This document shows positions 1 to 10,217 of a DNA stretch of 64,000 nt, in pieces. This stretch comes from a bacterium. GTDB lineage: Bacteria > Hinthialibacterota > Hinthialibacteria > Hinthialibacterales > Hinthialibacteraceae. How positions within the stretch are numbered: the first letter of the stretch is position 1; every line of letters starts with the position of its first letter. The DNA lies in the NCBI GenBank assembly GCA_041946805.1, contig JBHGBC010000003.1, positions 63,149-127,148 of the forward strand, in the 5' to 3' direction. Under the pieces are notes generated by a model. The model saw only the letters and a program-made list of their open reading frames with translations, ran no database searches and was not told the DNA's origin. Made by a program: the position numbers and the translations under genes.

Positions 1-1
1 A

Positions 2-763
2 ACAAGCGACATCCTGGATATTTCCGTGGTTATCCCGGTGCGGGACGAGGTGGAGAATCTTCCCGCACTGGCCGGAGAACTCGAGAGTGTGTTGTCCGCT
101 ACTTCCTGGACATGGGAAGTGCTTTGGATGGATGACGGATCGGTGGATGGCAGCGGCGAATGGCTTGACTGCCTCGCCCGGGAAAAACCGGCGCACCAGG
201 CCGTGCATCTCCAACCCGGACGGGGACAATCGATGGCCTTGTGGGTGGGATTTCAACGCGCCCGCGGCCGGGTGATCGTGACCCTGGATGGGGACGGGCA
301 GAACGACCCCCGGGACATCCCCGGTCTGGTCCAGCGTGTTTTGGATGGCGAGGCGGACATGGTGAACGGCTACCGGCGGGAAAGGCAAGATAGCTGGAAA
401 CGGCGCATCGCGTCCTGGATCGCGAATGGTTTCCGCAACCGGATGACGGGGAAAACCGTGCGGGACGTGGGCTGCTCTCTCCGGGCGTTCCGGCGGGAAT
501 GCGTGGCGCATCTGCCGCTTTTCCAGGGGCTGCACCGGTTTCTGCCGACGTTGGCGGTGGACCAGGGATTTAGGATCCTGGAACAACCGGTGAATCACCG
601 TCCCCGGCAAAAGGGAACCACCAAGTACTCCATCCACAACCGTCTGTGGGTTGGATTGTGGGATATCATGGGCGTGCGGTGGCTGCAAAAGCGGGGATTT
701 TACAAATTTCTGCAAGATCCCGTGCGGGAAAACTCCCCGTCGGATAAATCCGCCTGCCGCTGA
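2..763 (+). CDS. Glycosyltransferase family 2, polyprenol-phosphate sugar transferase type (DPM1/ArnC-like); 5' end lies upstream of the window
   Basis: Motifs VVIP..DE, DDGS.D, LDGDGQNDP and D.GCSLRAFR. The frame is open from base 2 (TSDILDISVVIP). Confidence 0.85.
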   Translation, partial: TSDILDISVVIPVRDEVENLPALAGELESVLSATSWTWEVLWMDDGSVDGSGEWLDCLAREKPAHQAVHLQPGRGQSMALWVGFQRARGRVIVTLDGDGQNDPRDIPGLVQRVLDGEADMVNGYRRERQDSWKRRIASWIANGFRNRMTGKTVRDVGCSLRAFRRECVAHLPLFQGLHRFLPTLAVDQGFRILEQPVNHRPRQKGTTKYSIHNRLWVGLWDIMGVRWLQKRGFYKFLQDPVRENSPSDKSACR

Positions 764-892
764 AGCGGATGGACAAATCCTCCCCTTTCCGGATGAATCC
801 CCTTTTTCCGAATTGGATGTAAGATTTTTCTTCTCGCTTGGCCTGTTTTCAGGCAAAATAGGATCATTACGAAAATCAGAGGAGATCTGTTC

Positions 893-1327
893 ATGATACC
901 GGACGCCTTCTTTTTGGCGGGTGGCGCGAATCCCTTGATGATGGCCATTCTGTTTTATTCCATCGTTAACCTTGCGCCGGAAGAAGCGTTGAAATACGTG
1001 GGCGTCCCCGAGGTTCTGATCCTGGATGTGCGCGAGAATACGGAATATGAACGGGGTCATATCCCCGGCGCCCGCCTGCTGCCTTGGAGCAGTGGAATCC
1101 TGCAAGAGCGATGGATGGAGCTGCCCACGGACCGTCCCATCCTCGTTTATTGCCAATCGGGAAACCGGAGTACGCGGGCGGTCCAATTTTTGAATGAGAA
1201 GGGATTTACCAATCTTCTGAACCTGACCGGTGGCTTTTCCTCGTATCAGTGGATTCCCGGTGCGAAAGTGGAGACGGGACCCTTCCAGGAACCGGATACC
1301 GGCATCATCGAGTGGTTCTTGTATTGA
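893..1327 (+). CDS. Rhodanese-domain protein with hydrophobic N-terminus and C-terminal TGIIEWFLY tail
   Basis: LDVRE..EY..GHIPGA and active-site loop YCQSGNRS; RBS GAGGAG upstream. Confidence 0.85.
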   Translation: MIPDAFFLAGGANPLMMAILFYSIVNLAPEEALKYVGVPEVLILDVRENTEYERGHIPGARLLPWSSGILQERWMELPTDRPILVYCQSGNRSTRAVQFLNEKGFTNLLNLTGGFSSYQWIPGAKVETGPFQEPDTGIIEWFLY

Positions 1328-1635
1328 TCCGCGGATGGGGGCGGGAGTTTTGTTGAAATGGATTGTCTAGATGCAATAGTTGGATTTGTGCCGTCCAACG
1401 GATGGGATGGTATTCAAAACAGGATTGAGGGAGCCAGACCATGGTATCGATTCCAAGGATTTTCCTCCCGGAGGATGCCACAACCGTTGTCTCCTTGCTG
1501 CGGGGAGTTCCACCTTCGCCGTATCCACGGATTCCCATATCCGTGGCGCCGTCTCTGCCAAACCATGGATCCTTATCCGAGGCCCATTGGCGAGACGTGT
1601 CCAGGAATCCTGCGGACCAGAGGGAACCTGTCATC

Positions 1636-4137
1636 ATGCATCACAAAAAAGACGGTCTCCTTTCCTTGATCGGCCGATGGATTCCATCCCGCGGAGCCCT
1701 GGCGTTCCTGTTGGCCTGGCTGTCGATGGGAACCGGGGTGATGGATTCCGGGGCGCAGCAGCCGTCGACGGACATCCCCCCTTCCGCCACCGCCCCGGTG
1801 AATCCAGCCACGCGGGCGGTTACCCCCGCCAACGCCGAATCCGCCGCGCCGAAACCTGAGCCGGTCCCACCGAAGCCCGAGGTCACCGCGCCCAAACCGG
1901 AGCCCACCGCGCCCAAGCCGGAAACTGCGGCGCCGGCCCCTGTATCCGTGGTGACCGCGCCCGTGCCGGGGCAAATCACACCCGAAAGTATCCAAGCCAA
2001 GATCGGCGAGGCAACCCAAGAACTCCGTTCGCTGCAAGAAATCTTGGACGCGTCGCCCCCGGTCCGCCCGCCGGAAGTCCTGGCGGAGATTCAAAAACAA
2101 ATCGATTTGCTGAGCCAGATCGCGCAGATCGAGGGCCAACAGCTCAGCATGTTGAAACGGGTCGCGGGTGCGGAAACACTACTGAAACAAGCCAAGGACA
2201 ACTTGGACAAGATCCGGATGCAGGGACCGGATGAGAAACCACCGTATTCGTATGTCCAGCTCGACCGGCTCCGTGACGAACTGAAGGCGGAAAAAGACCA
2301 GGAAAAGAGTGTTTCCGGCATTTTGAACACGGCCCAGGATATCCAGAAGCGGGCCCTTGCGCAGTCGGAGGAAAAAGCGGCGGTCTACCGGCGGGTCAAG
2401 GACACGCTGGACGCCAATCCGGATCCGGAAGCGGCGGCTCTGCTGCAAGTTCAGCTACGCACCGCCCTGCTGGACCGTAAGATGGCTCAGGAAATCACCA
2501 CCTTACGGGACTTGGAGACGAAGGCCGCCCAAGCGCGGGTGGAAACGTACAAACTTCGCTTGCAATGGATGGAAGAACGAATCCGGTGGATCCAGCAGAC
2601 GGTTTTCTTCACCCAAGCCGACCTGGACGCCCAGCTGGCGCAGTATGACAAGAGCGAGGCCACCCTCAAGGAGGAAATGGAGAAACAACGCAAGGCTCTG
2701 GAAGCCGCGGACAAAAAACTGGCCGATCTGCTGGACAATCCCGCTTCCACACCCGAAAAGGAGGAAGAAATCAACGCCCGCCGGTTGGAACGCGAAGCCG
2801 CGCAGGTGGCTGTGAGCACGATGGAAACGCGCCTCTCCTGGTTACCCGACCGGCGCAGGGTTTGGAAACAACGGTTTGAAATCATCAACGGCACGGCGGA
2901 GCGTGGTCAAATCACCCCCTGGCGGCAAGAAGCCGTAAAGGCGCTGGATCTGCTGAAGGAACGGGATAACAGCCTGAACGTCTACATGTCGGTCCTTCGC
3001 AACCGGATGATCAATCTGCTGACCCGGCGGGATTCCTTGATGGAGCCTTCCAAGACGCTCGTGAAATGGATGGATGAACAAAAGGCGTCCATGGAAAAAC
3101 AGATCTCCTTCGTCCAGGACATTCTAAACAGCCTCGCCATACTGCAGCGGGATTACGGCAAGCTGATCTCCGAGATCGACGAGGTTTATAAATCGTGGTC
3201 CCTGAGCGATTGGCTGGCCTACGCCGGGGACAAATTCGAGGACATCCTCAACACGGAGATCTATGTTTACAAGACAACGCTCGAGGACGGCTCCACCGAG
3301 GAAACCTCGTTCCGTATCCGCACGATCATCTCGATCATCCTCTATTTTGCCATCGGGATCTTGGCCATCCGCTTTTTCAGTTATGTCCTCCTGAAACGGA
3401 TCCTGTCACGCCTGGGGGTGCACGAGAGCGCCCAGATCACCCTGCAACCGATGTCGTTTTACTTGTTGTTGATCGTACTGACGTTTTACACCTTGCACGT
3501 CTATCAAATCCCCTTGACCATGTTCGCGGTGGTAGGCGGCGCGGTGGCGATCGGCATTGGCTTCGGAACGCAGACCATCTTCAACAATTTCATCAGCGGC
3601 CTGATCATCCTCATGGAGCGGCCCATCCGCGTGGGCGATTTGATCGATATGGACGGCACGATGGGCACCGTGGTGCGGATAGGGGCGCGCTGCACCCAGG
3701 TGAGGGCGTTCAACAATATTGACGTGCTGCTCCCCAACAGCAAAATATTGGAAAACAAGGTGATCAATTGGACCCTGAGCGACGACATGTACCGGACCTC
3801 GGTGGCGCTGGGCGTCGCTTACGGCTCACCTCCGCGGGACGTGTTCCGCATCATGAAAAAAGCCGTGGACGAGCATGGCCTGATTCTCAAAAAACCGGAA
3901 CCGTTCGTGGTGTTCCGGGATTTTGGGGAAAGCGCGCTGCTCTTCGAGGTGTTTTTCTGGATTCACCTGGAGAATACCAACCGGCTGATCGTGGAAAGCG
4001 ACATCCGCCACCGCCTGGACCATCTTTTCCGGGAAGCCGGTATCTCGCTCGCTTTTCCCCAGCGTGATCTGCATCTCGATACCCCCGCTCCCCTGCGGAT
4101 TCAGATGGTGCATGAGGATTCCGCCAAGGGGGCGTGA
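1636..4137 (+). CDS. Large MscS-family (MscK-like) mechanosensitive channel with periplasmic coiled coil
   Basis: C-terminal MscS motifs GIGFGTQ.IFNNFISG, ERPIRVGD and GVAYGS. N-terminal signal region, Pro-rich repeats and a long helical region. Start at 1636 preferred over 1441. Confidence 0.85.
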   Translation: MHHKKDGLLSLIGRWIPSRGALAFLLAWLSMGTGVMDSGAQQPSTDIPPSATAPVNPATRAVTPANAESAAPKPEPVPPKPEVTAPKPEPTAPKPETAAPAPVSVVTAPVPGQITPESIQAKIGEATQELRSLQEILDASPPVRPPEVLAEIQKQIDLLSQIAQIEGQQLSMLKRVAGAETLLKQAKDNLDKIRMQGPDEKPPYSYVQLDRLRDELKAEKDQEKSVSGILNTAQDIQKRALAQSEEKAAVYRRVKDTLDANPDPEAAALLQVQLRTALLDRKMAQEITTLRDLETKAAQARVETYKLRLQWMEERIRWIQQTVFFTQADLDAQLAQYDKSEATLKEEMEKQRKALEAADKKLADLLDNPASTPEKEEEINARRLEREAAQVAVSTMETRLSWLPDRRRVWKQRFEIINGTAERGQITPWRQEAVKALDLLKERDNSLNVYMSVLRNRMINLLTRRDSLMEPSKTLVKWMDEQKASMEKQISFVQDILNSLAILQRDYGKLISEIDEVYKSWSLSDWLAYAGDKFEDILNTEIYVYKTTLEDGSTEETSFRIRTIISIILYFAIGILAIRFFSYVLLKRILSRLGVHESAQITLQPMSFYLLLIVLTFYTLHVYQIPLTMFAVVGGAVAIGIGFGTQTIFNNFISGLIILMERPIRVGDLIDMDGTMGTVVRIGARCTQVRAFNNIDVLLPNSKILENKVINWTLSDDMYRTSVALGVAYGSPPRDVFRIMKKAVDEHGLILKKPEPFVVFRDFGESALLFEVFFWIHLENTNRLIVESDIRHRLDHLFREAGISLAFPQRDLHLDTPAPLRIQMVHEDSAKGA

Positions 4138-4361
4138 TGGCCTTACCCCGGCCTCCCCCCGCAAGGCCCCCGGGATCTGAATTCCACCCCGGTTCTTTCG
4201 CTCTTCCTCCCGAATAGACAAGCGCCCATGAAGCAGCCGCATAAGAGGATGAGGAATATTGACAAATCCCCCGAATCCCTTTTAGATAAATCAATCGAAA
4301 TATTTATAATCTTCCGGTTATCTATAAATCACCGGAACCAATCATAGAAACGAGGTGAAAC

Positions 4362-5822
4362 ATGATGTTCCAAACAAGGTGGTTTGTGATTCTGGCGAAT
4401 GTGATTTTATTGTCCCTTCCGATGCTCAGCCATGCCCAATCACTGCCCGGAAATCCCGAGGACAACGGACTGACTCCTAAAACGTCCACACTCTACATCA
4501 ATACGCCCGACACCATCAACAACACGAGCACGGAGAGCCTGGGAGCAGCCATTGCCAACAACGGAAACATCCTCATCGGGTGGGAAGACGACGGCGACGG
4601 CGTCACGGATCTGGAAGCGGTCTGGACCCTGTTCGACGCAAACGGAACCTCGATCACCCCCGACACTACGGTGAGCGCGGGCGGCCAAACCCTGACCACC
4701 AAGTTCCTGGCCTTCTTCCGGGCGGATGGGAGCGCGGTCGCGGGTTCGACGGCCTGGGGGCCGAAAATCAAGGCGAACCTGTTCGGTGACGGCTTGGGCA
4801 TGGGCGCCACGGCCTTCGGTCTGGGCGAGGAGGTCGCGGAACTGGCGGACATCAACCTGGACGCGGGCGGCGGCGGCGATTTTCCCGCCGTGCAGCTCCT
4901 GACCAACTCAGGGCAACCCATTGCCATTTTGTCCGGCTTATCGGAAGCCGACGCGGAACCGGAAGGGGATGTCCGCATAGGGGATTGGGACTACTTGTCG
5001 AACGGCAACATTGTCATCATCGGCGAGAGCCGGCAGGCCAACGACCTGGTGGACAAATACGGTGGGGAAGCACCCGGCAATCACGCCATTTACCGGATCG
5101 TGGACCAAACCGGAAAGGAAGTGCGGCCGGTGGGGCTGGTCAGTTCCAATGCGGTGGCGAATGAAATCTGGCACGGCGTGGGTGTAACGCAAAATGGATT
5201 CGCGGTGCGCTTCAACGAAGGCGGGCGCGCCCAGATCCGCTTGTTCAACAACGACGGCACTCCGAAGGGGAACAATATCGATATCGGCACGCTGGCGAAC
5301 CAGGAAGGCGCGGCGGGCGGCGGCCGGGGCGACGGCGCCGGCTTCCACGGCAACGGCGTCAACGCGTACGCGGTTTGCAACTCCTCCGACGCCAACGGCG
5401 ACGGCAACAACGAAGTCTATCTGACCGTGATCAATGACGACGGCACGCTGCGGTATTCGCGGATCGCTTCGGATGATCTCGAGTTCGCCCATTCGGACCG
5501 GGTGGATTGCGCCATCGACGCCCAGGGCCGCGTGTTGGCCGCCTTCATGGACAACGACGCGACCGGCAAGGCCTTCTCCCTGGTGGAAGCGCGGTTGTTC
5601 GACGCGGCGGGCCAGCCGCTGGGCGGATCCTTCTTCGTGAGCGAGAAGGAAACCGCGGAGCTCGCCACGGGGGAAAGCCGCCGTCCCCGGGCCGCGCTCC
5701 GTGGCGACGCGGCCGTGATCACCTGGGAAACCACCAACCACGAGTCGACCACGGACCGGGTGGTCGCCTTCCGCGTGTTCACCGTGAAGACCACGGCGGT
5801 GGAGAATTTCATGCTGTATTGA
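4362..5822 (+). CDS. Secreted hypothetical protein (beta-rich, acidic) with C-terminal TAVENFMLY tail
   Basis: Signal peptide ending SHA|Q; RBS GAGGTG; repeated beta-strand segments; no family recognised. Confidence 0.75.
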   Translation: MMFQTRWFVILANVILLSLPMLSHAQSLPGNPEDNGLTPKTSTLYINTPDTINNTSTESLGAAIANNGNILIGWEDDGDGVTDLEAVWTLFDANGTSITPDTTVSAGGQTLTTKFLAFFRADGSAVAGSTAWGPKIKANLFGDGLGMGATAFGLGEEVAELADINLDAGGGGDFPAVQLLTNSGQPIAILSGLSEADAEPEGDVRIGDWDYLSNGNIVIIGESRQANDLVDKYGGEAPGNHAIYRIVDQTGKEVRPVGLVSSNAVANEIWHGVGVTQNGFAVRFNEGGRAQIRLFNNDGTPKGNNIDIGTLANQEGAAGGGRGDGAGFHGNGVNAYAVCNSSDANGDGNNEVYLTVINDDGTLRYSRIASDDLEFAHSDRVDCAIDAQGRVLAAFMDNDATGKAFSLVEARLFDAAGQPLGGSFFVSEKETAELATGESRRPRAALRGDAAVITWETTNHESTTDRVVAFRVFTVKTTAVENFMLY

Positions 5823-5884
5823 TCCGGAGGCGTCCGGTTTTTCTCCCCTCCGGGAGGTGCATGAAACATATTGAGCAGCCATTC

Positions 5885-5920
5885 AAGGGGGACCTGTTGA
5901 AGGTCCCCTTTTTTCTTTTT
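5885..5920 (+). terminator. Rho-independent terminator
   Basis: AAGGGGGACC / GGTCCCCTT stem followed by a T-run. Confidence 0.75.
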
Positions 5921-6097
5921 ATTGAATGTCCGCTTGAATGTCCGCTTGGAAAAGTGGACTGATCACCTCCAGGACCAGCGGGAGGCCGGAATTATCCGGA
6001 GACTGGCAATTAACATCAAGAACATGCGATTCCAGGACATCCAGCCCGGCGCGGTTCCGGCTATAATTCAGCTGAGTTCAACTTCTGGAGAGGCATC

Positions 6098-9034
6098 ATG
6101 AGTTCATGGCATGTTGAGGGCATGGCAATACGGCGGGAGGATGGGTTTTCAAGCACTTTTCCGTTACCACGCGGTGGTTCTTGTCCTGAGACGGCCTCCA
6201 CTGGCCCCCGGGAACGGACGAGGGATCCATGGGAGACACCCGCCCGGCGGGCCTTCCACTTCCTGACCAGTATTCTGTTACTCGCGGTATTTTGTGTCTC
6301 TTCCCCCGCGCAGATCAACCAGTACCACTTTACTCGTTTCACCCCCAACGAGGGATTGCCGGACAGCAACGTCCACCGCATCATCCAGGACGCGCAAGGG
6401 TACATGTGGTTCGGAACCGCCAACGGCCTGTGCCGGTATGACGGATACGAATTCACGGTCTACAAGCACCAGTTCCAGGATCCCCGCTCCCTGTCGGACA
6501 ACTTTGTCTCCTCGCTGTTTGCGGATTCCCAGGGACGGCTGTGGGCAGGCACGCAAAACGGCTTGAACCGATTCGATCCCGCCACGGAATCGTTTCAGAC
6601 CTTTTTAGTCCAAGCCAGCGAGGCTTCGGGGCAACCCGTCTTTGTGAGCGCGATCCTGGAAGACGGCGGCGGGGGCCTGTGGGTAGGCACCGAGGACGGC
6701 TTATACCAGTTCCATCCGGACCAGGGCATCTTGAACCAGTATACTCACGATCCAGCGAATCCGGATTCCATCTCCTCCAGCCATGTCACAACGCTCCTGC
6801 GTGACTCGCGCGGCGTGCTCTGGATTGGCACCAGCGGCGGCGGATTGAACCAGATGGACGAATCGACCCGCCGTTTCACCCATTACAAACACCGGAAGGA
6901 CGATCCTTCCTCGCTCTCCTCGAATTTCGTGATGTACCTGCTGGCAGACCGGGACGGGACGTTATGGATCGGGACCTGGAACGGCGGTTTGAACCGGATG
7001 AACCGGGAGACCGGGACTTTTACCGCCCTGCCCGAATTCAAGGACATGAAGATCACATCCCTATTGAAGGACCACGACCAGCATTTGTGGGTGGGGACGT
7101 GGGCCCACGGTCTTTTCTATCTGGATTCGCAGCTCGGCCGCACGGTCCAATTCATGCACGATCCCACCCAATCCCAGAGTTTGAGCAGCAACACGATCGA
7201 CTGCCTGTGGGAAGACCGGTCGGGAATGATCTGGGCGGGAACCATCGGCGGCGGCATCAACCAATGCCACCGTCAGATCGGCCGCTTCGTCAATTACTCC
7301 CACTCCCTGGATTCCAACAGCCTGTCCGCCGATATCGTGTATTCCCTGTGGGAAGACCGGGAGGGGATTCTATGGGTGGGGACTTATGAAGGCGGACTCA
7401 ACCGCCTGGACCGGCAGAGCGAGACCTTCACCCGGTACGATGTCCCAGGCGGTCCCGTCAAGGAAAAGCGTTTAAATACCGTCCTGGCTCTGTTGGAAGA
7501 CAGCCGCGGCGCCTTGTGGACCGGCACGTACGGGCATGGCTTGATGTTGTTTGACCGTGACACCCAGATCTTCCACGCCCTTCCGGGCAGTGGAACGGAA
7601 GCGCCTCTCGATAAGGAAAACATCGTTCGGGCGATCGCGGAAGACCGGGACGGCTTCATCTGGTACGGAACGGATGAAACCGGCCTGCATAAGATCGATG
7701 CGGCGGGGAATTCCCTCGCCTCTTATACGCCGGCCGGTGATTCCACTACCAGTTTGAGTGACCATAACGTGACCTGCATTCTTCCGGACCGGCACGGCTA
7801 CCTGTGGATCGGAACCGCGCAAGGCGGCTTGAACCGGTTCGATCCCGCCACCCAAACGTTCACCCGCTATCAAAGCGATCCTCATAACCCCGGCGCCTTG
7901 AGTTACAACAAGGTGTCTTGCCTGCATGAAGACCGGGCCGGCTTCCTTTGGATCGGCACGGCGAACGGCTTGAACCGCCTCAATCCCGGCGCGGAGACCT
8001 TCCGGAAGTATTTAATGGCGGATGGATTGCCGGATAACAGCATCCGCGGCATCCAGGAAGATGCGATGGGCAATCTGTGGTTGAGCACCAACCGGGGCAT
8101 CAGCCGCTTTTCCCCGGCGGCGGGGATTTTCCGGAATTTCTACCAAAAAGACGGACTGGCCACCAACGAATTCGGCAGCCGGAGTTGTTTTCAAAACCGG
8201 AAAGGCGAAATGTTCTTTGGCGGCGCGGCGGGTTTCACCGTGTTCCGTCCCGAGCGGGTAACGATCAATACTCATGTCCCTCCCGTGGTGATGACCGGAT
8301 TCAGCATCATGGGTAAATCAATCTCCACCCATCAGCTCGGCGAGGACCACGCTCCGGTGAACTTATCCTTCCAGGACAAGTTCTTCACTTTCCAGTTCGC
8401 GGCGCTGGATTTCACCAACCCCGCCATGAACCAATACGCCTACCGGCTGGAGGGATTCGACCCCGATTGGGTGTATTGCGGTTCCCGCCGCTACGGCAAC
8501 TACACGAACCTCAGTCCGGGTTCGTATACCCTGCGCGTGAAGGGGGCCAACAACGACGGCGTGTGGAACGAGACGGGACTGGCGGTCCCCATCGTGGTGC
8601 ATCCCCCCTTTTGGCGGACCTGGTGGTTTCTCTTGTCCTCCCTGGCCGCCCTGGGGATGTCGGTCCTGGGCGCTTACCGTAGGCGGATCGCGCGGTTCCA
8701 TCGCGAACAAGCCCAACTGGAGCGGCTGATCGCCGACCGTACAGCGGAACTGCGGCGGAAAAACCAGGAACTCGAACAAAGCATCGCCCAGCGGGAAGAG
8801 GCCTTGCGCAAGGTCAAAACGCTGAGTGGATTGATTCCCATCTGCGCCTATTGTAAAAAAGTGCGAAACGACGAGGGGTATTGGAACCAGATCGAGAGCT
8901 ATATCCGCGATCACTCGGATGCGGACTTCAGTCACAGCATCTGTCCCTCGTGTTTTCAAAAATTATACCCGGAATACGATGATTCGGTGGACCGTTCCAC
9001 ACCGGAACCGGACTCCACGCATTCCAATCCATAA
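6098..9034 (+). CDS. Membrane sensor: two-component-regulator beta-propeller repeats, Y_Y_Y domain, TM helix, coiled coil and Cys/His tail; no kinase domain
   Basis: About 14 repeats of ED..G.LW.GT..GL; YAYRLEGFD / YTNLSPGSYTLRVK; PPFWRTWWF before the TM; tail ICAYCKK...SHSICPSC. Confidence 0.85.
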   Translation: MSSWHVEGMAIRREDGFSSTFPLPRGGSCPETASTGPRERTRDPWETPARRAFHFLTSILLLAVFCVSSPAQINQYHFTRFTPNEGLPDSNVHRIIQDAQGYMWFGTANGLCRYDGYEFTVYKHQFQDPRSLSDNFVSSLFADSQGRLWAGTQNGLNRFDPATESFQTFLVQASEASGQPVFVSAILEDGGGGLWVGTEDGLYQFHPDQGILNQYTHDPANPDSISSSHVTTLLRDSRGVLWIGTSGGGLNQMDESTRRFTHYKHRKDDPSSLSSNFVMYLLADRDGTLWIGTWNGGLNRMNRETGTFTALPEFKDMKITSLLKDHDQHLWVGTWAHGLFYLDSQLGRTVQFMHDPTQSQSLSSNTIDCLWEDRSGMIWAGTIGGGINQCHRQIGRFVNYSHSLDSNSLSADIVYSLWEDREGILWVGTYEGGLNRLDRQSETFTRYDVPGGPVKEKRLNTVLALLEDSRGALWTGTYGHGLMLFDRDTQIFHALPGSGTEAPLDKENIVRAIAEDRDGFIWYGTDETGLHKIDAAGNSLASYTPAGDSTTSLSDHNVTCILPDRHGYLWIGTAQGGLNRFDPATQTFTRYQSDPHNPGALSYNKVSCLHEDRAGFLWIGTANGLNRLNPGAETFRKYLMADGLPDNSIRGIQEDAMGNLWLSTNRGISRFSPAAGIFRNFYQKDGLATNEFGSRSCFQNRKGEMFFGGAAGFTVFRPERVTINTHVPPVVMTGFSIMGKSISTHQLGEDHAPVNLSFQDKFFTFQFAALDFTNPAMNQYAYRLEGFDPDWVYCGSRRYGNYTNLSPGSYTLRVKGANNDGVWNETGLAVPIVVHPPFWRTWWFLLSSLAALGMSVLGAYRRRIARFHREQAQLERLIADRTAELRRKNQELEQSIAQREEALRKVKTLSGLIPICAYCKKVRNDEGYWNQIESYIRDHSDADFSHSICPSCFQKLYPEYDDSVDRSTPEPDSTHSNP

Positions 9035-9046
9035 TACCGCTTCCCC

Positions 9047-10177
9047 ATGGCTGAACACGTTACGTCCCCTCCCATGAGCCGCTCCAAGAAACGGATTTTC
9101 GGCGCGCTGGCGGCCGCTTTGGGAACGCTGTGCGCCCTGCTGCTGGCGGAAGCCGTGCTCCAAATTCTATTCGGGCCGGTTTCACATGAAATCACCAACG
9201 CCGACCCCGTCCTGCATCATTTTTCCGGCAACAATCCCGAGACGAACGCCTTGGGATTTTACGACCGCGAATATCCAATCCAAAAACCGGCTGGAAGCCG
9301 CCGGATTATGGTTTTGGGCGACTCCCTCGTGCGGCGCACCTTCCACGAAATGAATTTCACCAAAATCCTCGAACACAAATTACAAGCCGCGCCCGGCTAC
9401 GAAGGCGCGGAAGTGTGGAACTGCGGCATCGACAGCTATTCGCCGGGATTGTGCTACCTGCTGCTGAAGCACAAACTGCTCGGCGTCGATCCCGACCGGG
9501 TGGTGGTGTGCGTGTTTCTCGGCAATGACTTCAACGACGACGCCGTCTATCAGTCCCAGATGGTGCTGGACGGCCGCGGCCGGCCGGAGCGCTGCCCCCC
9601 CGACGCGCCAACGTCCGAGGCGCGGCTGGTGGCCGGCCAAGTCCCGATTCCCTTCAAGAATTTCCTGCGGTATCACTCCCGTTTGTATCGTGAATTGTCG
9701 CGGGGATACAACACCCTGCTGCATTGGCTGCGCTTCCGGGAAGGCGAATGGGAAAAAGCGGAAATCGGCCCGGACCAGACCGCGCCCATCGGCACGCTGA
9801 CCGTGAAAATCAGCGAGGAAGTCTTCCAGATTCTCGCGCGGAACCTGGTGTTCACGGATGAACTGCTGCGGGAGCGGGGGATTCCCTGGCTGGTGATGCT
9901 GATCCCGCTCAACGTGGAGGTCAGCCGGGAAGTGGAGGGGGGAGAACGTCTGGACATGTATTCCGAGGAAGGCATCCGGACGGCGGACCGCAACCTGGAG
10001 AAACTGGCCGCGTTCCTGGAGAAAAAGGGCATCGCGGTGTTGAACCTGCTGCCCGCTTTCAAAGCACATACTCCACAGCCGCTCTACACCATCGACAGCC
10101 ACTTCAACGAAGCCGGCCACGTCCTGGCGGCGGATATGCTGTTTCAAAAACTAACCGGCGGGAAGCAAGACGAGTAA
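9047..10177 (+). CDS. SGNH/GDSL hydrolase-family protein with N-terminal membrane anchor
   Basis: VLGDS block I, GND block III and D.HFN..GH block V. Confidence 0.8.
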   Translation: MAEHVTSPPMSRSKKRIFGALAAALGTLCALLLAEAVLQILFGPVSHEITNADPVLHHFSGNNPETNALGFYDREYPIQKPAGSRRIMVLGDSLVRRTFHEMNFTKILEHKLQAAPGYEGAEVWNCGIDSYSPGLCYLLLKHKLLGVDPDRVVVCVFLGNDFNDDAVYQSQMVLDGRGRPERCPPDAPTSEARLVAGQVPIPFKNFLRYHSRLYRELSRGYNTLLHWLRFREGEWEKAEIGPDQTAPIGTLTVKISEEVFQILARNLVFTDELLRERGIPWLVMLIPLNVEVSREVEGGERLDMYSEEGIRTADRNLEKLAAFLEKKGIAVLNLLPAFKAHTPQPLYTIDSHFNEAGHVLAADMLFQKLTGGKQDE

Positions 10178-10217
10178 TTGGATTGGATTTCTGGTTCAAC
10201 TGAATAATCTCTCAGGG

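Noticed and set aside
4259..4310. Sigma-70 promoter from TTGACA (4259) and TATAAT (4305)
   Set aside because: The two hexamers are 40 bp apart and neither has a convincing partner at 16-18 bp.
5922..5948. 12-bp tandem duplication TTGAATGTCCGC x2
   Set aside because: Only two copies with no other occurrence; likely slippage.
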